Assembly: GCA_964577555.1 (NCBI GenBank)
Contig: CAZNZM010000001.1
Coordinates: 117,278 to 149,277, forward strand
Length of the DNA: 32,000 nucleotides
Direction of reading: 5' to 3'
Origin: an uncultured archaeon
Lineage (GTDB): Archaea; Iainarchaeota; Iainarchaeia; Iainarchaeales; Iainarchaeaceae
Shown: in pieces, positions 25,887-32,000 of the stretch
Layout: every line of letters starts with the position of its first letter
Position numbering within the stretch: the first letter of the stretch is position 1
Position numbers and translations under genes: made by a program
Notes under the pieces: generated by a model
What the model saw: only the letters and a program-made list of their open reading frames with translations
What the model was told of the DNA's origin: nothing
Databases searched by the model: none

Positions 25887-26183
25887 ATGGGTGATTTTAG
25901 AAAAATAGAGGCTTTTATCTCCAAAAAGTATAATATTAGTATTTTAAGGGAGCTTTTAAACAGCCAACAAGGTGTTGGATTTAATTCCTTGCTTAAATCG
26001 CTCGAGCCTATAACAGCAAGAGTTCTTTCTATTCGTTTGAAAGAGCTTGAAAAGGACGGGTTTTTACAAAAAAACTTGGTTTTGGGTACGAAGCCTAAAA
26101 TAGAGTATAGGGCAAGCCAAAAGGCTGAAGGCTTGAAGAAAGTGATTAAAGAATTGGAAAAATTTGAAAAAAACTTGCAATGA
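25887..26183 (+). CDS. HxlR-like winged-helix transcriptional regulator
   Basis: KYNISILRELLNSQQGVGFNSLLKSLEPITARVLSIRLKELEKDGFLQK...PKIEYRAS: typical HxlR pattern. Confidence 0.85.
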   Translation: MGDFRKIEAFISKKYNISILRELLNSQQGVGFNSLLKSLEPITARVLSIRLKELEKDGFLQKNLVLGTKPKIEYRASQKAEGLKKVIKELEKFEKNLQ

Positions 26184-26371
26184 ATTTGTTAATCGATTAA
26201 CTGGACAAAGATTATTTTAAACGTGGGTGTTGGCATTTGTAAAACATTTTTGTAAAATGTTGGTTGCGTTGGTTCTTCTAAAAGTTCGTTTTCAAACCAA
26301 ACATAAAACCTTTTACCAAGCAGTTAAATTAATTAAGTTCATGGAAATTAATTTTAGATAGGTGGTTTTTG

Positions 26372-26602
26372 ATGGCTAAATTCAAGATAATATTTGACAG
26401 AAATAATTGTGTTGCCGCTGGTCCTTGTGCGGCTGTTGATTCGGTTCATTTCAAAATCGACCCGTCTGATGGTAAAGCAATATTAATTGGTGGCAAGGAA
26501 GTGAGCCCAGGGATTTTTGAACTTGAAGTTGATGATGATGAGCTTGGAAATCAAGCCGCTGCAGTTTGCCCAGCAGCAGTAATTACGGTAAAAAAATTAT
26601 AA
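26372..26602 (+). CDS. Small ferredoxin with C-x5-C...CP (3Fe-4S-like) signature
   Basis: FDRNNCVAAGPCAAVDSVHF...NQAAAVCPAAVITV; ATG 26372 preceded by taggtgg. Confidence 0.8.
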   Translation: MAKFKIIFDRNNCVAAGPCAAVDSVHFKIDPSDGKAILIGGKEVSPGIFELEVDDDELGNQAAAVCPAAVITVKKL

Positions 26603-26635
26603 ATAATTATAAATATAAAAAAACAGGAGTCGATT

Positions 26636-26962
26636 ATGGATAGAAAAATTCAAGTGGTGCACTTACTGGAAGGGCATAATATAGACAAGCTTGTATTAAT
26701 GTCTAAAATTGAAAAATTTTATGACAAACTTGCAAAAAATTTTATGAGAGAAATTTTTATGGAAGTGCATTTCAAAGTTTACAATGACAAAGGCAAAATG
26801 GAAAGTAAACGTGAACAAATTGAAACAAAAATACATGTAAAAGCCCCCCACCTTAACCTAAATGCCTCTGAAACCGAATGGGACGCCATAAAGTCACTTA
26901 AAAAAGCGTTTAAAGCGATAGAAAAAGAAGCTGAAAAAGCGCTACACAAACAAGAAAAATGA
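26636..26962 (+). CDS. Ribosome-hibernation-factor (HPF/S30EA)-like protein
   Basis: EVHFKVYNDKGK..QIETKIHVKAPHLNLNASETEWDAIKSLKKAFKAIEKEAEKALHKQEK; SD-like caggag. Confidence 0.55.
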   Translation: MDRKIQVVHLLEGHNIDKLVLMSKIEKFYDKLAKNFMREIFMEVHFKVYNDKGKMESKREQIETKIHVKAPHLNLNASETEWDAIKSLKKAFKAIEKEAEKALHKQEK

Positions 26963-27174
26963 ACCATAAATATAAACAAAATTTTCAAGCCCAAACTTTT
27001 GATTCGTCAAAAAACGATAATAAAAAGATAAACCATCAAAGCTAATTAGTTTTTTTAACTTTTGAATTTTTTTTTGTTTGGATTTGGCGCCTATTAGTAT
27101 AAAATAGATGTTTGGATTTTAAAAATACTGCTTTTATTTTTTCCCGAGGAGGCTGTGAGAGGAGAGAGATCAAA

Positions 27175-27573
27175 ATGAGTCTGATAACTTTAACATTTGG
27201 TTCTGGTTCAAAGAAAAATATTAACAATAATTCAAACAACGAAAATGAGTCTGGTTTGAGTATTTCAACGCCTGAAAGTAGGCTAAAACAAAAAATATTG
27301 AAAGGAGTATCTAGTGGTACTGTAATTGTAAGAAAAGCATGCAGATTTTATTCGCGCGAGGAAGTCTTTATTTTGGGAGAAGTAACTGAAGGGCTTGTAT
27401 CTGATGATATGAAGGTTTTTGTAGGTGAAAAAGAGCTTCATGTTATTGATATTGAATCTAAATATGGGCGTGCAGCAAAGCCAGGTATGACTGTTGGAAT
27501 TACTGTTACTGGAATTGATGACGATGAATTGCCGCAAGGCTCTGCTTTGTGCTTTAAATTAGCATCATCGTGA
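27175..27573 (+). CDS. EF-Tu/EF1A domain-2-like beta-barrel protein
   Basis: TVIVRKACRFYSREEVFILGEVTEG..VFVGEKELHVIDIESKYGRAAKPGMTVGITVTGIDDDELPQGSAL; internal ATG preferred over 27112 start. Confidence 0.5.
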   Translation: MSLITLTFGSGSKKNINNNSNNENESGLSISTPESRLKQKILKGVSSGTVIVRKACRFYSREEVFILGEVTEGLVSDDMKVFVGEKELHVIDIESKYGRAAKPGMTVGITVTGIDDDELPQGSALCFKLASS

Positions 27574-27871
27574 ACAGCAAAGAGTATATTTTTGAACTCT
27601 TGCAAAAAATTTTTTTGGCTGGCTTTTTTAATAATTAACCTTTATTGTAAATAAAAATGTGTTTCTGAGTAAGTCTAAGTAAGGTGCAAAGTCGTCTATA
27701 CTTGTTTACTTGTTTTTAGTATTGTGCTGGTTTTTGCAAAGCGTTTTATTGTGGCAAATCAAAAAAGTTCTCTACAAAAAAATAAAACAAGCACCTCCGA
27801 TCTTAAATAAACATAGATTTACAGCCTATAAAGTATTGTTTAAGGTTGATTAAGGTTGAGTGATAGTAGTT

Positions 27872-28612
27872 TTATATTTTTACTATAAAAGCTGGTTTGC
27901 GTTTGTGTTCTGTGGCTTTTATTTGGGTGAGAATTTTTTTAATGGTGTTTTTCTTATTTCTAGGTGGTTTTTTTTTGTGGATTATTAATGGCAATAATTC
28001 ATCCAATTCTTCGTAAGTTATTCCTAATTCTTTTTCATCTTCTTGGCCAAGCCATAGTTCAGCAGTGGGTGTTTTTTTCAAAAACTGCACTGGCAACTTA
28101 AAATATTCAGCCAAAGCTTTTACTTGGCTTTTATAAAGGTCTGCTATTGGAAATATATCTGCTGCGGCATCACCGTGTTTTGTAAAATAACCCATATAAA
28201 ATTCGGATTTGTTTCCTGTGCCTACAACAAGGGCGTTATTTGAATTGGCGTAGTTATAAAGAATTACTGCTCTTATTCTGGCGTTGAGGTTTGCTTCGGC
28301 AATTTTGTTTTGCTTCCAAGGTGTTTGTTCGAACATTTCAAGCTTGCGGTCTATTGGTAGGACATGATATTCTACCCCAAAGGTTTCTGCTAAGTTTTTG
28401 GCATCCAAAATGTTTTCCATTTTCGTGATTTTTGTGTTTGGCATTATTAAAGCCGTGACGTTTTCTTTGCCCAACGCTTTTACGAGCAAGGCAAGCACTA
28501 CTGCCGAGTCTATACCGCCACTCAAACCTAAAACTGCTCTTTTAGAGCCGTTTTCAGCAAAATATTTTTTTATTCCGAGAATTATTGTGTTTGCAATCTT
28601 TGAAGCATTCAT
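27872..28612 (-). CDS. nadE: NH3-dependent NAD+ synthetase
   Basis: RAVLGLSGGIDSAVVLALLVKALG; VVGTGNKSEFYMGYFTKHGDAAADIFPIADLYKSQV; PTAELWLGQEDEKELG. Confidence 0.96.
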   Translation of the reverse strand: MNASKIANTIILGIKKYFAENGSKRAVLGLSGGIDSAVVLALLVKALGKENVTALIMPNTKITKMENILDAKNLAETFGVEYHVLPIDRKLEMFEQTPWKQNKIAEANLNARIRAVILYNYANSNNALVVGTGNKSEFYMGYFTKHGDAAADIFPIADLYKSQVKALAEYFKLPVQFLKKTPTAELWLGQEDEKELGITYEELDELLPLIIHKKKPPRNKKNTIKKILTQIKATEHKRKPAFIVKI

Positions 28613-28667
28613 AAAACATATTGAATTGCATTAAGCTTAAACGCATTGCTTTAAATCAAATAAAGGC

Positions 28668-29339
28668 TTATTTTTTGTCGATAATTGATATTAAATCTGA
28701 AAATGAATTTAATTCATAATCGGCTTTATATTTTGAATTTTTAAATATTTGACCGTATTTTGCCAAAGCAGTTTTCATGCCAAGGTTTTTTGCTCCAGCA
28801 ATATCTCTTATAGGATTGTCCCCAACAAATAATATTTCTTCTGGCTTCGCACCGATTACATTTAATGCTGCTTTGAATGGCAATTCGTTTGGCTTTGCCA
28901 CGCCAGTATCGTCAAGAGTTATAACTACATTAAAAAAGTCGGACAATCCCATCTCTGTCAATCTTAACCAGGCTCTCATTCTTGGAGCATCAGTAACAAT
29001 TCCTAAAATAAGCCCTTTTTCCTTAAGAGCAATCAAAGTACTCCTAACTCTTGGATATGGTTCCAAATAACCTGCTTGAACTCTCCTATAAGCAGTAATG
29101 CCTCTCGCCAAAATTCGATAATCAACTTTTCCTGTAACTTTTCTCAGGAATTTTTGAAATATTCTTTGATTTTCAATTCCATGTTCTTCGTAAAGTTCAA
29201 ACAATTTCTTGTAAGCTTCGTCCTTTGCCATGTTTAAACCAGCATCAATCATGGCTGAAATTGCGGCTTCGCAACTTCTTCGTTTCATTGTCATAAAATC
29301 GATTAAAGTATTATCAAGGTCAAAGAGAACTGCTTTCAT
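28668..29339 (-). CDS. HAD-superfamily hydrolase (phosphoglycolate phosphatase-like)
   Basis: KAVLFDLDNTLIDF; GLILGIVTDAPR; KPNELPFKAAL; ILFVGDNPIRDIAGAKNLGMKTA. Confidence 0.92.
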   Translation of the reverse strand: MKAVLFDLDNTLIDFMTMKRRSCEAAISAMIDAGLNMAKDEAYKKLFELYEEHGIENQRIFQKFLRKVTGKVDYRILARGITAYRRVQAGYLEPYPRVRSTLIALKEKGLILGIVTDAPRMRAWLRLTEMGLSDFFNVVITLDDTGVAKPNELPFKAALNVIGAKPEEILFVGDNPIRDIAGAKNLGMKTALAKYGQIFKNSKYKADYELNSFSDLISIIDKK

Positions 29340-29404
29340 TTGATATAAAATTGGGACTAATAGGATAAAAACTTTATATATAGGTTAATTCATTTTTTAA
29401 AGGT

Positions 29405-29641
29405 ATGAAAATTGATGAAAGTACAAAAGTTTTTGGAAAATCAATTTCGTTTTTTGTTTATGGTGTAGCGCTAGGCTCTCTTTTTATTTGGTGTATAATT
29501 CAAGGTATTAAAGTTCATTTAAACAACATGGAAACACTTGCGTTTTCCTATTATTTTTTAGGGTGGGTATCAGGGGTTGGGGGTTTGGCGCTTTATTGGC
29601 AAGCAAAAAGACTCTTCCACTTTGCTGAAATATCAAAATAA
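29405..29641 (+). CDS. Small membrane protein, hypothetical
   Basis: Two hydrophobic segments (FFVYGVALGSLFIWCII; FSYYFLGWVSGVGGLALYW). Confidence 0.55.
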   Translation: MKIDESTKVFGKSISFFVYGVALGSLFIWCIIQGIKVHLNNMETLAFSYYFLGWVSGVGGLALYWQAKRLFHFAEISK

Positions 29642-29665
29642 AAAATTAAGAAACTGATTTTTGTT

Positions 29666-29914
29666 TTATTTTTTCTTTTTTGGTGATGCTGAGTTTTCAA
29701 TTATTGTTTTGTCACCATCAAACCCAAACAAGTCTTCAACTTTTTTTCCTGATTTTACGCTTTCGTTGAATTCTTTAATATCTTCTTCATCCAAACCCAA
29801 ATTTTTCAATATCTTGTCATGATCTTCTAAAGTCATTTGGTTAAATTCTTCCCTCCAAATCTTCATATCTTCAGTGTCTGGAAGAGGATGGCCTTCCCTT
29901 TTTCTTGTTATCAT
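29666..29914 (-). CDS. Hypothetical small acidic protein
   Basis: 82-aa ORF with normal composition (EDMKIWREEFNQMTLEDHDKILKNLGLDEEDIKEF). Confidence 0.55.
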   Translation of the reverse strand: MITRKREGHPLPDTEDMKIWREEFNQMTLEDHDKILKNLGLDEEDIKEFNESVKSGKKVEDLFGFDGDKTIIENSASPKKKK

Positions 29915-29944
29915 GACATAATAAACGCCTTACAGCTTTATAAA

Positions 29945-30690
29945 TTTTACAGAAAACATTGCCAGCAAAAAACATTAAAAAGAGAAAAAGCCAAAATATT
30001 GGAAGGAAAACAAACTAAGCCAAATAATTTAATTACAAACAAAAAAATTAACTGGAATTTGTAAAAAACAAGGATAAATTCAATTGCAAGAAAAAATAGT
30101 TCAAAATTTGGCAAATAAAATAAAATTGAAAAAAAACGGCTCGCCAAAAAAACAAAATTAAAAAAATGGCTTGCAAAAAAAACAAACAAAAAAAACGACT
30201 TGCAAAAAAATGAAAAAAATAAAAAAACAACTCAAAAAACAAACAACAAAAAAACAACTTGACAAAAAAAAAGAATTCAAAAAAAAAAAGAAAAATGACA
30301 AAAAAATTGGCTTGCAAAACAAATCCAAAAATAAAAAACTTGACCAAAAAAAACAACAAAAACAAAACTCACAAAAAAATGACCACAAAAAAATCAGCTT
30401 GCAAAAAACAAAACAAAAAAAATAAAAAAAAACAAATTTCAAAAAAAACGTCTAACAAAAAAATAAAAAAAACACACAAAAAAAATTACCAAAAAAAAAC
30501 AAACAACAACAAAAAAACTTGACTCAAAAAAAACAAAATTGGCTCGCAAAAAAAACCAAGCCACAAAAAAAATAACCCAATTAAAAAAAATACATAGAAA
30601 CGCTTAAAATACAAAAAAAGAAAAATCACAAAAAAAACAGCTCACAAAAAACACAAAAAAATAATTTATTTTTCAAAAAAGTTTCGTGAT
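29945..30690. repeat. Low-complexity poly-A island D
   Basis: About 0.75 kb of A-runs with ggctcgcc/ggcttgc/gactcg words; shares a 51-nt exact and ~80-nt near-exact segment with island B and ~55 nt with island A. Confidence 0.85.
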
Positions 30691-30725
30691 AAAAGTTTTA
30701 TTGTTCAAATATGTTCTTATTTAAC

Positions 30726-31589
30726 ATGGACGAAAAAGATCAGGAAGCGATTAAAGAAGCAGAATATCCAAAATTTATCATGGAATTCAAACAAGAACTC
30801 ATAATAGCAGGATTAAGCCCTCGGACGATAAAAATGTATTTGCTTTACATTTCAGATTTTTTTGAATTTACAAAAAAAGAGCCAAAAGACATAACCAGAA
30901 GCGATATTGTCAATTTTTTGGCAAAAATTAAAGAGAGAGGTAATTCAAATGCCACTCTTGCGCTTTGCCATGCGGCATTTAAATATTTTTTCCAAACGTG
31001 GCTGAAAATGAATGTATTAAATGATGTAAAAATTCCTAAAAAAAACAAACACCTGCCTATTGTCCTTTCTAAAGAGGAAGTTAAACAATTACTCCAAGCA
31101 GTAAAACCAGGCAAAAACAGATTGCTTCTTCAATTTATTTATTCGACTGGAACACGAGTAAGCGAAGCTGTAAATATGAAAGTAGAAGATTTTAATTCCA
31201 AAGAAAGAATAGCAAAGGTAAAATCTGGAAAAGGAGACAAAGACAGGATAATAATTCTTTCAAAAAATTGGTGTTTAATGGCAAAAAAATATTTGGAAAG
31301 AAAAAAAGTAAAAAGTCAATTTTTTTTCACTAAAAAGAATGGAAAACCAATAACAGCAACTACAGTTCAGAGAATAGTAAGATACGCAGCCAAAAAAGCA
31401 GGTTTGAACAAGGAAGTAACCCCGCACACTCTCAGGCATAGTTTTGCCACTCATTTGCTTGAGGCTGGAGAAAACATTAGAAATATACAAGAATTGCTTG
31501 GGCATAGCAGTTTAAGCACAACACAAATATACACTCACGTTTCAACAGAACAATTAAAAAAAGTCAAAAGCCCCCTTGATGAATTATAA
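30726..31589 (+). CDS. xerA: Tyrosine recombinase, XerA/XerC/D family
   Basis: YSTGTRVSEAVNMKVEDF; HTLRHSFATHLLEAGENIRNIQELLGHSSLSTTQIYTHVS; ATG at 30726 likely start. Confidence 0.93.
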   Translation: MDEKDQEAIKEAEYPKFIMEFKQELIIAGLSPRTIKMYLLYISDFFEFTKKEPKDITRSDIVNFLAKIKERGNSNATLALCHAAFKYFFQTWLKMNVLNDVKIPKKNKHLPIVLSKEEVKQLLQAVKPGKNRLLLQFIYSTGTRVSEAVNMKVEDFNSKERIAKVKSGKGDKDRIIILSKNWCLMAKKYLERKKVKSQFFFTKKNGKPITATTVQRIVRYAAKKAGLNKEVTPHTLRHSFATHLLEAGENIRNIQELLGHSSLSTTQIYTHVSTEQLKKVKSPLDEL

Positions 31590-32000
31590 ATAAACAAAGG
31601 CAAAAGCAAAGATTTTGATACCCCCTTTAGTTCCACTAATAAGTGTGGTGATTTGGCGTTTTCAACACAAAAGAAGATAATTTGCCAACAAACACAGACA
31701 TAGACCAAACACGAGTTTGTTGATTTTTTTAATTATGAAAAAAACTTTTGTTATGTAGCAACGCTCGGCAATGTTGATTGATGAATAATAAAAAATTTTT
31801 GAAAATAAAAATTGAGAATATGAAGTAATGTTTGGACTCTTACTTATTGTGATTTTAAAAACAATGAATTTTATACTAAGGTTTATTTTATTGTAGAATT
31901 CATATTTCAAATTTTTTTAGCTTGAGTTTTTGTTGAATTTTAATGTAAAGATTTATATATGTGATATTTCTTATTATTTCAAAATTGTTTTTATGAGGAG

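Noticed and set aside
30171-30522. Long lysine-rich plus-strand ORFs (30171-30425, 30259-30522; also 2864-3151)
   Set aside because: They arise from poly-A composition (AAA codons); several frames are open at once, codon content is pure low complexity, and there is no start context.
30726-31589. Integrase of a mobile element
   Set aside because: The protein looks like housekeeping XerA-type recombinase; no att repeats, cargo or tRNA junction were seen around it.
31630-31660. Possible dif/Xer target near xerA (CCACTAATAAGTGTGG)
   Set aside because: Does not show an obvious pair of 11-bp Xer arms with a central spacer; only a 4-bp core palindrome.
31662-31910. 82-aa minus-strand ORF downstream of xerA
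   Set aside because: Ile/Phe/Lys-rich AT-driven frame without start context; cannot be supported.

Overview
AT-rich archaeal-looking window, probably from a DPANN-type genome. This rests on an archaeal-style mevalonate cluster with isopentenyl phosphate kinase, KaiC/RAD55-like ATPases, a XerA-type recombinase and apparently leaderless TATA-preceded genes. Main content: (1) a group of KaiC-like proteins (0-5.8 kb) with two intact ATPases and two paralogues whose P-loop is lost, one fused to a ~500-aa coiled coil, next to a membrane-anchored protein; (2) RecJ/DHH phosphoesterase, pyruvate phosphate dikinase and NAD kinase; (3) a compact 8-gene isoprenoid operon (12.95-20.15 kb): class II HMG-CoA reductase, HMG-CoA synthase, thiolase, DUF35 protein without its four zinc-ribbon cysteines, mevalonate kinase, diphosphomevalonate decarboxylase-like protein, Nudix protein, isopentenyl phosphate kinase; (4) a second Nudix/IDI-1-like gene facing it; (5) tRNA-Gly(CCC) adjacent to a dihydrouridine synthase, a candidate structured RNA, HxlR-like regulator, ferredoxin, HPF-like protein, NAD synthetase, HAD phosphatase, XerA-like recombinase; (6) four poly-A/poly-T low-complexity intergenic islands sharing near-identical dispersed 50-85 bp segments and a GGCTCGC/GGCTTGC/GGCTCAC word vocabulary. 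I also see two small genes absent from the ORF track (37-aa C2H2 finger; 44-aa basic peptide with a strong SD and possible alternative leader hairpins). No CRISPR array or recognisable defence system was found. All homology calls are from motif recognition by eye; no searches were run.
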